Assembly (NCBI RefSeq): GCF_006345805.1
Contig: NC_043020.1
Location: 28,706,001 to 28,770,000, forward strand
DNA length: 64,000 bases
Direction: 5' to 3'
Origin: Octopus sinensis
Lineage: Eukaryota
The notes beneath the pieces are model-generated. The model did no database searches. It saw only the letters and a program-made list of their open reading frames with translations, and had not been told where the DNA came from. Below, piece by piece: positions 38,581 to 49,582 of this stretch; the stretch's first letter is position 1, and the number at the start of each line of letters is the position of its first letter. Position numbers and translations under genes: made by a program.

Positions 38581-41500
38581 TGATGTGAGATGGGCCTGGG
38601 TGACAGGGTGGAAGAAAGGGAAAGGAGCTAGTGTCCAGCTGTAGATATCTAAAGAGATGAATAATGAAAGAACTCACCAGTTTATTTGGAGTTGCTAACT
38701 TTGTCAAGTTTATCCAGTTGATGTTTTCAATGTTTTTCATCAAACTTTGCAAAACATTTGCAGAATGGGACAACATTTTCACAAAAATACTGCAAAAAGG
38801 GAAATATTCAGGATAAAGAGGGGTCAGCTGGATAACAACCTTTGTGACACAATTTTATCAAAATACACATGGTACATAGTTGCATAACACACACAGACAC
38901 ACAGAGACAGAGGTGCATACATATACAGACACATGGACATGCAAGCACATAAATATGCAGGATACGTACATACAGATGCACACACATACATACATATATA
39001 CATACATACAGATGCAAACACACACACACACACATACGTACATGCATGCATGTATAGACACACACACACTGACCCACACACATGCGCACAAACAAACAAA
39101 AGGGAACGCAGTGTAAATAAGGGACAGAGTCAAGACTATTGAAAAGGTTGCAAGACAAAACGAAAAGTTTAGGAAAATAAGAATAAGAAAAAAGTGGAAA
39201 TTTTACCAGTGAGTGTGTTAAATTATAAGACCCAAAAAGAAATTGACTCTCCCCAGACACAACAGAACACATATTTTACTTATTTGTCTTGGGTCTGACT
39301 TAAAACTGCATCTGATAATGAAGACCTGGTTTTGAGGAATGCGGGACCACCTCTGAGACACTGTTATTATTAGGTCACTCTGACCCAGAGCAATAGCCCC
39401 TGCCAGGATCCCAGCTATAGGTTAATTAGCAAGTCACTGAACCGCTTCCAGAAGAAGGTCAAGGTCACTCACAGGACCCTTAATGGAACCAGGGCAGATG
39501 AAACCCTTCAGCTCTTTGGTTGCTTATCCAAGGGAAGGTAACTCCATCTAAATCCTTCATCCTGATAACTAATGAGCTCATCACACCCGCTGCACAAGTT
39601 TAAAGGATGAGAGATGGGACTGGCTCGGCACAAACCATGCCCACAATTATAATAATAAATCCCTAAAAGGGGAAAATACTAAAAAAATCCACCTCAACAA
39701 ATTCCGTCCAACTCATGTGAGTATGGAAAAGTAAGCGTTAAAACAACAACAGAATAATGACAGGAAGTAGTTTTGGCTTTGTCATTGCATCACGACAGCT
39801 GGATGGTTTTTCCCATTTGTAATCAAATGTGAAGAAGTGGAACAGGAGACAGGAAGTCACGAGTATGGAAAAACAACGAAAGGCAACACAACACAGACTA
39901 ATACCTGTGATACTTCACTTCAAGTTTGATAGCATTTTCAATGAGAGGTCTTTGCAGATTGGTAAGAAGTGACTGTTTCTTCTGAAGAATGGTTTTCAAA
40001 TATTCATTGAAGGAAGAGATTTCACTGAGGTTCTTCTCTATGGAATATAAGAACATAAAACATAAAAATTTTAGCATCTTTGAATTACGAGAAACAAAAA
40101 CACAAAAAATAACAACATTATCGTTGGAATTAATGACGTTTGAGACCAATAAAATATTCAAAGCTATTCAGATGAAGGATGCAGGCATAACTATGGGGGT
40201 TAAAAAACTCACATCATAGTCAAATATTTCTAAATTTGAACCCATTGAACCTTGTCCAAATGTCTTCTATCAGTGTCCCCTTAAACCCTTCAACATTCAG
40301 ACTACCATGACAAATCATCATCATCATCGTTTAGCGTCCGTTTTCCATGCTAGCATGGGTTGGACGGTTCTACTGCGGTCTGTGAAGCCAGAAGGCTTCA
40401 TCAGGCCCAGTCAAATCTGGCAGTGTTTCTACAGCTGGATGCCCTTCCTAACGCCAACCACTCCGTGAGTGTAGTGGGTGCTTTTTACGTGCCACCCGCA
40501 CAGGTGCCAGACAGAGCTGGCAAACGGCCACGAACGGATGGTGCTTTTTATGTGCCACCGGCACGAGGGCCAGGCGAGGCTGGCAACGGACACGAACGGA
40601 TGGTGCTTTTTACGTGCCATCGGCATGAGGCCAGTCGGGGCGGCGCTGGCAACGGTCGCGAAACGGAAGGTTCTCTTACATGCCACTGGCACTGGTAACA
40701 CATCTGCAATTTCCATTGATCAATTTCGATTCTGATCCTCACTTGCCTCAACAGGTCTTCACAAGTAGAGTTTTGTATCCCAAGAAGGGAAGGTATGCAT
40801 ACGTAGGCTGGCTCCATCCCATGTAGAAGGCCACGGGTTATGGACTCACTTGTCCTGCTGGGTCTTCTCGCGCACAGCACACTTCCAGAGGTCTCAGTCT
40901 CTAGTCATTTCCTCAGTGAGACCTAAAGTTCGAAGGTCGTGCTTCACCACCTCGTCCCAGGTTTTCCTGGGTCTGCCTCTTCCGCAGGTTCCCTCAACCG
41001 CTAGGGTGTCGCACTTTTTCACACAACTTTCTTCATCCATTCTCGCCACATGACCATACCAGCGCAAACGTCTCTCTTGCACACCACAACTGATGCTTCT
41101 TAGGTCCAGCTTTTCTCTCAAGGTACTTACACTCTGCCGAGTATGAGTACTGACATTACACATCCATCGGAGCATACTGGCTTCATTTCTTGCGAGCTTA
41201 CGCATATCCTCAGCAGTCACGGCCCATGTTTCACTGCCATGTAGCATGGCTGTTCGTACACACGCATCATACAGTCTGCCTTTCACTCTGTGCGAGAGGC
41301 CTTTTGTCACCAGCAGAGGTAAGAGCTCTCTGAACTTTGCCCAAGCTATTCTTACTCTAGCAGTTACACTTTCAGCACACCCGCCCCCGCTGCTGACTTG
41401 GTCACCTAGGTAACGGAAACTATCAACTATTTCTAGTTTTTCTCCCTGGAAAGTGACGGAAGTTGGTCTCAGAGCATTTTCAGTGTTTATTGTTCCTGAG

Positions 41501-44500
41501 CATCTGCCACATACAAAAACCATCTTCCTAGTTAGCCTTCCTTTGACATTGCTGCACCTCTTATGTGTCCATAGCTTACACTTGGTGCATCTTATAGAGT
41601 TTCTACCTACACCTTTTCTACAGATCGAGCAGGGCCATCTACCTGAAGGCGTTTGTGATTTGTCTACCTTCCTACTGATTACGACTTTGGTTTTAGCTAG
41701 ATTGACTCTGAGGCCCTTCGATTCTAATCCTTGTTTCCACACCTGAAACTTCTCCTCCAGTTCTGATAGCGACTCAGCAATTAGAGCAAGGTCATCAGCA
41801 TAGAGGAGCTCCCAAGGGCATCCTGTCTTGAATTCCTCCGTTATTGCCTGGAGGACTATGATAAATAGGAGGGGGCTGAGTACTGAGCCTTGGTGGACCC
41901 CTACCTCTACCCGGAATTCTTCGCTGTACTCGTTTCCAACCCTCACCCTACTAGCAGCGTCCCTATACATGGCCCGCACAGCTCTCACTAACCATTCATC
42001 TATCCCTAGTTTCCTCATTGACCACCAGATAAGGGATCGGGGGACCCTGTCGAAGGCTTTCTCCATGTCAACAAAAGCCAGGTACAGGGGCTTATCTTTG
42101 GCTAGGTATTTCTCCTGCAGCTGCCTTACCAGGAATATAGCATCTCATCTAAACTAACTCTCTCTCTAATTAGTTGGGCTATGACCCTCTCCGTAACCTT
42201 CATCACCTGATCCAACAGCTTGATACCTCTGTAGTTATTTGTATCTAGGGCGCCACCTTTACCTTTGTAGCAGTTGACTATTATGCTGCTACACCAGTCA
42301 TTGGGTATGACTCCTTTGTGTATCACCTGATTAACTATACGGGTGACTAGGCTATAGCCGACACTACCAGACATTTTGAGCATCTCTGCAGTGATTCCTG
42401 ATGGGCCTGGGGCTTTCCCTGTCTTCATGCTTCTAATTGCCTTAGCTACCACGGAACTATCAACTCGGATAGCTGGTCCCTCTGTTGGGTCAACATTCGG
42501 CAGACTCTCTTTATCCCATTCATTTTCTTTATTCAGCAACCTTTCATAGTGACATCTCCAAACCTCTCTCTTTGCATCCTCATTTAGCGCAAGTGAACCA
42601 TCTTCCATGCGAACACACTTCTCTCCTACCACATCACGATTCTCTCTCACACACTGTCTTGCAACGCGAAACACCTCCAGTCTTTGGTCCTCACGGCGCA
42701 GAACATTGGCAAATTTTTTCTTATCTGCTTCCCCTCTGGCTAAATAAACCTGTCTCCTAGCTTCCCTTTTAGCAGTCTGATACAATTCCCTGCTACCCCC
42801 ATTTTTCCAGACCTTCCAAGCCTGTCTCTTTTCTCTAATAGCCCTGTCTACAATATTGTTCCACCACCACATTATTCTAGGTCGAGAGGGGACTTTGCAC
42901 CAGCCACAGATCTGGTCAGTGGCTCTCAGCAGGTTGTCCCTTAGAAACGTCCAGTTGTCTTCTACCCCCTGTGATGCTCTATCCCCTTCTACTTCGTCAA
43001 AGGCTTCAAGTAATCATATTTATTTATTTACATTGTTTTGAATTAATCCTGCATTATTTTGTAGCATCAGAATTTCAATGATAATTCTTTAATTTTCGAA
43101 TGACATTGTAGGGTAGGTCTGAGAGGCTAGATCTGGCCTGTTTGAACATAGAAAAAGTAGAATATTTAGTTTAAATGCTAAGGGGTTAAGTTCTTGTGAC
43201 CAATGCTCTCTCTAATTTTTCTCAGTTGCTGAGCAGAACATTCGATGCTTTGAGCAAAAAATATTTCAGATTGAAAGCCAGTATATGGCTTCCAAACTTT
43301 CACAGTTTATCAAGTGAATGTTTGAAAATTTAAAGAGCAACGACATTTTGATATGCACGTTACCAATACAATGAATGTGCATCTTACCAAGAGTGTTGCT
43401 TGTAACTAGGATTGGATAAACAGAAGCTGCAGCTTGTTGAATGAGCAGCTGTGAGCCTTTCTACAGCAGCAGATCTTAAGAGTCCATTCTGCTTCAAGCA
43501 TTCAAATGAGGTCTCTGTCATGATATATCTCAAGTTTTTTTTGGACACTAAACTCTGCTTGTGAAGACCTGTTGAGGCAAGTGAAATCAAAATCAAATTC
43601 GATGACTGGCATCCGTGCTAGCAGGGTGCAAAGAGCACCATACGAATGTGATCGTTGACAGAGCAGCTAACCGGCTTCCGTGCCAGTGGCACATAAAATG
43701 AACCATTCGAGTGTAATCGTTACCAGCGTCGCCTTACTGACACCTGTGCCGGTGGCATGAGTAAAAGATTTAAGCGAGGTCGTTGCCAGTACCACCTGAC
43801 TGGCCCCATGCCAGTGGCACGTAAATGCACTCACTACACTCTCGGAGTGGTTGGTGTTAGGAAGGGCATCCAGCTGTAGAAACTCTGCCAGATCAAGATT
43901 GGAGCATGGTGCAGCCATCTGGTTCGCCAGACCTCAGTCAAAATCGTCCAACCCATGCTAGCATGGAAAGCAGACGTTAAACGATGATGATGATGATGTA
44001 GTTCTATGTAATTCAGCAACCTATAAATTGTGGTTTCTTCCTAGGGAGACTTGGAGGCCCTAACCCTTCTTACTAAGCCATAAAAAATAAACACATAACC
44101 TCCACCTCATACCAAAGTGATCACGCAGACAAACAAGACTTAAATACCAGCTGGTTACCACTTCCTGTTATTTACAAAAATTCCCACTGACCTCAATTCC
44201 AAACATGAAACTTAAGTAGATGCATGTGTGGCTGTGTGGTAAGAAGCTTGCTTCCCAACCACAAGGATCCAGGTTCAGTCCCACTGCATGGCACTTTGGG
44301 CAAGTGTCTTCTGCAATAACCTTAGGTTAAGCAAAGCCTTGTGGATTTGGTAGACAGAAACTGAAAAAGTGTGTGTGCATGCATGTCTGTGTGTCTTCTT
44401 GTCTTGGTATTATAGGGTCCACATTGCAAATGAAAGCATTGATACACGGATTCAATAAATTTTGATATGACTGTTGGTGCATACAGATGGCACTGAAATA

Positions 44501-46381
44501 TCCTTGTGATTCTGTACTTTAAGACTTAAACCTGTCTGAGATTGGCCCTGGTTTTATGTTACAAACTTTCCGATTTGAAGTGATCCAAATGGGAACTTAC
44601 CAGAAAAATTACAAACCGATTCCAAACATCAGGTTGGAGTCATTTTACCAAATTCTTCATTATTTTGCAAAGGAATCGAAACAAAAGTGGTGATTTCAAC
44701 AGGAATATGGTAACAAAAGAGTTTGTGTTGCCTAAGAAGTGCTTTATTAACACCAACTATTGAATAATTACTTGCCAACTACCAAACTGTGTATTCTTTG
44801 TCTCACATGGTTACTATAATGGCTACCTAAACCATGCTGATGAAGGACCAAAAACTCCCGAAATATGGCATGTGTGCCCATTGCCCATTTTTTCATCTTC
44901 AATCTAATTTGTTTATATTTGATGTTTTGGATATGAAACATTGTAACAAAATCAGAGCCGGTTATAATTTCTGTAGAAAATCTGAAGAGATGACTGAAAC
45001 ACGTGATTTAATAGCACTGCTAACACAGAAGTAGTACATGGTATTGACTTATGAAAGCATTCAATAGACTTTGTAGCATATTATGGTTGCATAATGAAAT
45101 ACTACAAGTCATTAATGCTAACGTTTTTGACAAAGATAATGCTGACATCGAGAAGAAGAAACCCCAGTATAGGGCAACGTCAACAAAACCGTCAAAATTA
45201 CAAAACATGAACTGAAATAGAAAAACAGAAGAGAAAAAAACCAACCTATTTTAGTGCATGAGATAATATCTTCCGCCTCATGTTGAAGCATTCTTTCCTG
45301 TTTCTTAAGCTGAACCTGCAAATGAAAAAGTGATGTATTTCTTGACTGGATAATGGGATAAAAATGGAAACAGGTTTAATAATATTTATCATCATTATTA
45401 TGGAATAACATAGTCCACTTATGCATACCTTTCCTTCTTGGGACACAAAACTCTGCTTGTGAAGACCTGTTGAGGCAAGTGGGAATCGAAATCGATCAAC
45501 ATCAATGGAAATTGCAGCTGTGATACCAGTGCCGGTGGCATGTAAGAGAACCATCCGAACGTGGCTGTTGCCAGCACCGCCCCGACTGGCCTCGTGCCGG
45601 TGGCACATAAAAAGCACCATCCGTTCGTTTCTGTTGCCAGCCATGCCTGGCCCCCGTGCCGGTGGCACGTAAAAAGCACCCACTACACTCACGGAGTGGT
45701 TGGCGTTAGGAAGGGCATCCAGCCGTAGAAACATTGCCAGATCAGACTGGAGCCTGGTGCAGCCTTCTGGCTTCCCAGACCCCAGTTGAACCGTCCAACC
45801 CATGCTAGCATGGAAAGCGGACGTTAAACGATGATGATGATGATAAGAGCAGTATTATACATATGGAGAACACATTCGACCATGATGGACACATCTGCTT
45901 GTTTCCACCATTATAAGGGAAAGGTGTTTGTGCTTTGTGGGACCTTGCTAGTGAGCTAAACAAGAGCCGGCAAGTGACCTACTGCTATGGATGCCAAAGC
46001 ATGGCCATACTGGAGCTGGTCATCTGAATACAGCATATGTAGATCAACTGACCAGAGACCTGGTTGCCTCCCCGAAGACCTCCCACAACTAAGGCACGAC
46101 AGAAATGGATGGCGTCTGCAAGTTACAAATGTCTGAGTAAGCTCGGCCGGATGAATGCAAAAAACCATGTAATTTAATTTCTCAGTTAAAGGGGGCACAA
46201 AAACAAACTTATGAACAAAGCGGCTGTGTGGTAAGTAGCTTGTTTACCAACCACATGGTTCCAGGTTCAGTCCCACTGCGTGGCACCTTGGGCAAGTGTC
46301 TTCTACTATAGCCTCGGGCCGACCAAAGCCTTGTGAGTGGATTTGGTAGACGGAAACTGAAAGAAGCCCGTCGTATATATG

Positions 46382-46413
<32 letters not shown>

Positions 46414-47238
46414 TGTTTGTCCCCCTAGCATTGCTTGACAACCGATGCTGGTGTGTTTATGTCCCCATAACTTAGCAGTTCGGCCAAAGAGACCGATAGA
46501 ATAAGTACTGGGCTTATAAAAGAATAAGTCCTGGGGTCGAGTTGCTCGATTAAAGGCGGTGCTCCAGCATGGCCGCAGTCCAATGACTGAAACAAGTAAA
46601 AGAATAAAAGTAAATAATAATTGGAAGTAACTTACGTCATTGATTGATTTCTGCGTCGATCGCATCTGTTGCAGGACATCGATTAAGGCCAGGGATTGGT
46701 ATTTCCGGGCGAACGGTGCCCTTTGCCTTTCTTTCAGCTCTTCATGACTTAACTACAATATCAAGAGAGACAAACTGTTACAACAATCACAATAGGGGTC
46801 GATGTCGAACTTAAAGTAGGTCAAGCAGTCCTGGTAACATTCTAGGTTATTGGGTTTTATTTTTAAAATCAGGGCAACAACGCAGTCATTGATAAAACGG
46901 CAAACAAATATAATACAAAATACGTATTTGATTATTAATAATAATAATAATAACAATAATAATAGAAAAAAGAACTAAAAATCAGAACTTATCGATCCTT
47001 TGGCGACTTAGACACGCCTGTAATGTTTTGTCGATTTATCTTAACACAGAAATAATTACAAAATATGTCGCCGCAAAAGATATGTATCTATCTTATCTTT
47101 ATTGGTATTTATAATATGGAAAAGTAATTACTTGCATCAGTTACGTATCATTTTAAAGATAATATCGAGTGAAAAATTATTCTATGACTGTTATATATTT
47201 CTTAACAGATGTGTATTTCTATAGAGTAGGATAAGTGG

Positions 47239-47272
<34 letters not shown>

Positions 47273-48266
47273 GAAAGAAAAAGGTGTTCAGAATGCTGGA
47301 TGGTTGTAAAAATATATATTTATTTACATATCACATATTAATTCTTCATATTGATACCTTTTTTCTTTCATATGCATTAAATCTGTACATCACCCCCAAT
47401 ACTTCTAACATATATATATATATAATATATATACACACACGTGTTTGTCCCCCTAGCATTGCTTGACAACCGATGCTGGTGTGTTTATGTCCCCATAACT
47501 TAGCAGTTCGGCCAAAGAGACCGATAGAATAAGTACTGGGCTTATAAAAGAATAAGTCCTGGGGTCGAGTTGCTCGATTAAAGGCGGTGCTCCAGCATGG
47601 CCGCAGTCCAATGACTGAAACAAGTAAAAGAATAAAAGTAAATAATAATTGGAAGTAACTTACGTCATTGATTGATTTCTGCGTCGATCGCATCTGTTGC
47701 AGGACATCGATTAAGGCCAGGGATTGGTATTTCCGGGCGAACGGTGCCCTTTGCCTTTCTTTCAGCTCTTCATGACTTAACTACAATATCAAGAGAGACA
47801 AACTGTTACAACAATCACAATAGGGGTCGATGTCGAACTTAAAGTAGGTCAAGCAGTCCTGGTAACATTCTAGGTTATTGGGTTTTATTTTTAAAATCAG
47901 GGCAACAACGCAGTCATTGATAAAACGGCAAACAAATATAATACAAAATACGTATTTGATTATTAATAATAATAATAATAACAATAATAATAGAAAAAAG
48001 AAACTAAAAATCAGAACTTATCGATCCTTTGGCGACTTAGACACGCCTGTAATGTTTTGTCGATTTATCTTAACACAGAAATAATTACAAAATATGTCGC
48101 CGCAAAAGATATGTATCTATCTTATCTTTATTGGTATTTATAATATGGAAAAGTAATTACTTGCATCAGTTACGTATCATTTTAAAGATATATCGAGTGA
48201 AAAATTATTCTATGACTGTTATATATTTCTTAACAGATGTGTATTTCTATAGAGTAGGATAAGTGG

Positions 48267-48302
<36 letters not shown>

Positions 48303-49322
48303 GAAAGAAAAAGGTGTTCAGAATGCTGGATGGTTGTAAAAATATATATTTATTTACATATCACATATTAATTCTTCATATTGATACCTTTTTTCTTTCA
48401 TATGCATTAAATCTGTACATCACCCCCAATACTTCTAACATATATATATATATATATTACATGCCGAGGAAACAATATTAATAGAGAAGGTAGAAAACCT
48501 GGAGTGAAATTATATTACAGAGGAAACTCAGACGCTTTGATAATTTTCTAACGTTTTTCTCTTTGTACTACGCGAAGAATATTTACGGAAGTTATGGCAA
48601 TCAAAGGTTAACCAAGGAAATATTAAGATTTTTCGGTTTATGATATAAGTCCTTCGACTGAAGCGATGTCATCGGTGACATAAACAGGGAGTACTTATGA
48701 TGTTACGAGCAATAATAACTGATTGCATTTAGTTACATACATACATCGGTAACTGCACTGTTCGTGACATTTAATATTACGAAATTTACGAAGAAATAAA
48801 TTTTGAGAGTACACTGCATTTGTGAAAATTCATATATTTCTTTACTGCCCACAAGGGGCTAAACACAGAGAGGACAAACAAGGACAGACAAAGGGATTAA
48901 GTCGATTACATCGACACCAGTGCGCAACTGGTACTTATTTAATCGACCCCGAAAGGATAAATTCCGTCGACCTCGGCGGAATTTGAACTCAGAACGTAAC
49001 GACAGACGAAATACCGCTACGCATTTCGCCCGGCGTGCTAACGTGTCTGCCAGCTCCTCGGCGCCTTAATTTGTGAAAATTCATAACCAACAACAGAGAG
49101 AGAATTCCTCCATCTGTTGTTTGTGAAGAGATTCCGCTTCATATAAATCGAAAAGTGATTCCTTAATATTACATTATTTTAAAAAAATTAAAAAGGACAT
49201 CGTTGCCAGTGTTTTACCATCTCGCTGAGTCCATATTTCTTTGACATACAATGCACCTCAGAGAGGCATCTGTAAACGTCATCGGAATAATAATGATCCT
49301 CTTCCACTTGCATCTTGACCAT
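35021..49322 (-). CDS. HAUS2: HAUS augmin-like complex subunit 2 homolog, 6 coding exons, 213 aa
   Basis: Exons 49218-49322, 47664-47780 (or identical copy 46636-46752), 45246-45315, 39905-40037, 38678-38789, 35021-35125 = 642 nt, open and phase-compatible. YLKTILQKKQSLLTNLQRPLIENAIKLEVKYH aligns with recalled human HAUS2 [32 protein letters not shown]. Confidence 0.82.
35232..36129 (+). mobile_element. RTE 3'-UTR fragment with an expanded array of 11 ~62-75-nt units
   Basis: Ends in CCATGCTAGCATGG...(GAT)n like the 40316 LINE; contains a 396-nt higher-order repeat (duplicate ORFs 35321/35717). Confidence 0.9.
37934..38503. mobile_element. hAT-like MITE with a nested insertion
   Basis: CAGGAGTTCTCAACC...GGTTGAAAACCACTG termini; degraded TSD TCCTAAAA/ACCTAGAG. 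Confidence 0.6.
38678..38789 (-). CDS. HAUS2: HAUS2-like exon 5 (IFVKMLSHSANVLQSLMKNIENINWINLTKLATPNKL)
   Basis: ccctttttgcag| 112 nt |gtgagt; phase 2 to 0. Confidence 0.88.
39905..40037 (-). CDS. HAUS2: HAUS2-like exon 4 (EKNLSEISSF...LEVKYH)
   Basis: tattccatag| 133 nt |gtatta; phase 1 to 2; best-conserved HAUS2 segment. Confidence 0.88.
40316..43011 (-). mobile_element. RTE-clade LINE, 5'-truncated, little decayed, in HAUS2 intron 3
   Basis: Track ORFs 42126..42872 and 40894..42066 carry non-LTR RT motifs (KAPGPSG, YRGIKLL, DMEKAFD, QGSVLSP, YADD, FRYLG, RLRWYGHV, RGRPRKTW). One frameshift near 42140; ~530-nt 3' UTR ending in (GAT)n; no endonuclease domain left. Confidence 0.96.
45246..45315 (-). 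CDS. HAUS2: HAUS2-like exon 3 (VQLKKQERMLQHEAEDIISCTKI)
   Basis: tttttcatttgcag| 70 nt |gttggt; phase 0 to 1. Confidence 0.85.
45420..45844 (+). mobile_element. RTE 3'-UTR fragment (representative of 20+ copies)
   Basis: Colinear with the reverse complement of 40316-40800. Similar copies start near 4310, 5605, 9910, 12360, 14695, 22895, 24160, 29985, 32585, 43540, 51085, 51965, 63250 (+) and 305, 11170, 20835, 21545, 27370, 37165, 60290 (-). Confidence 0.9.
46636..46752 (-). CDS. HAUS2: HAUS2-like exon 2, downstream identical copy
   Basis: Identical to 47664-47780 including splice sites; offset 1028 nt. Confidence 0.75.
47664..47780 (-). CDS. HAUS2: HAUS2-like exon 2, upstream copy (LSHEELKERQRAPFARKYQSLALIDVLQQMRSTQKSIND)
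   Basis: ttgtag| 117 nt |gtaagt; symmetric phase 0-0. Confidence 0.8.
49218..49322 (-). CDS. HAUS2: HAUS2-like exon 1 (MVKMQVEEDHYYSDDVYRCLSEVHCMSKKYGLSEM)
   Basis: aaaaATGG start context, 105 nt open, |gtaaaa donor, phase 0. Confidence 0.75.
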
Positions 49323-49399
49323 TTTTTGAATTTGAAATTAAGCGCTAAATGACTTTCTCGCCTCTCGACTCAGGAGAGCTTTATACTCTCGAATCAGAT

Positions 49400-49582
49400 C
49401 ACACACACACACATCCGTTCTCACACACACACACACACACATCCACTCTCTCACACACACACACATCCACTCTCTCACACACACACACATCCACTCTCAC
49501 ACACACACACACATCCACTCTCACACACACACACACACACATCCACTCTCACACACACACACACACACATCCACTCTCACAT
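49400..49582. repeat. (CA)n-TCCACTCT minisatellite just upstream of the HAUS2 ATG
   Basis: About 7 units of (CA)nTCCACTCT. Confidence 0.92.

Larger units (their letters stand above)
46400..48455. repeat. Tandem duplication, 2 x ~1028 bp, including HAUS2 exon 2
   Basis: Track ORFs repeat at +1028 (46753/47781); only small indels seen; ends lie in (TA)n tracts. Confidence 0.95.

Noticed and set aside
43226-43317. Plus-strand exon-like stretch (AEQNIRCFEQKIFQIESQ...)
   Set aside because: No partner exons or recognisable homology.
43388-43514. Possible alternative HAUS2 exon 4 (phase 1 to 2, good gtaaga donor)
   Set aside because: Acceptor lacks a pyrimidine tract and the peptide has no similarity to exon 4 or HAUS2.
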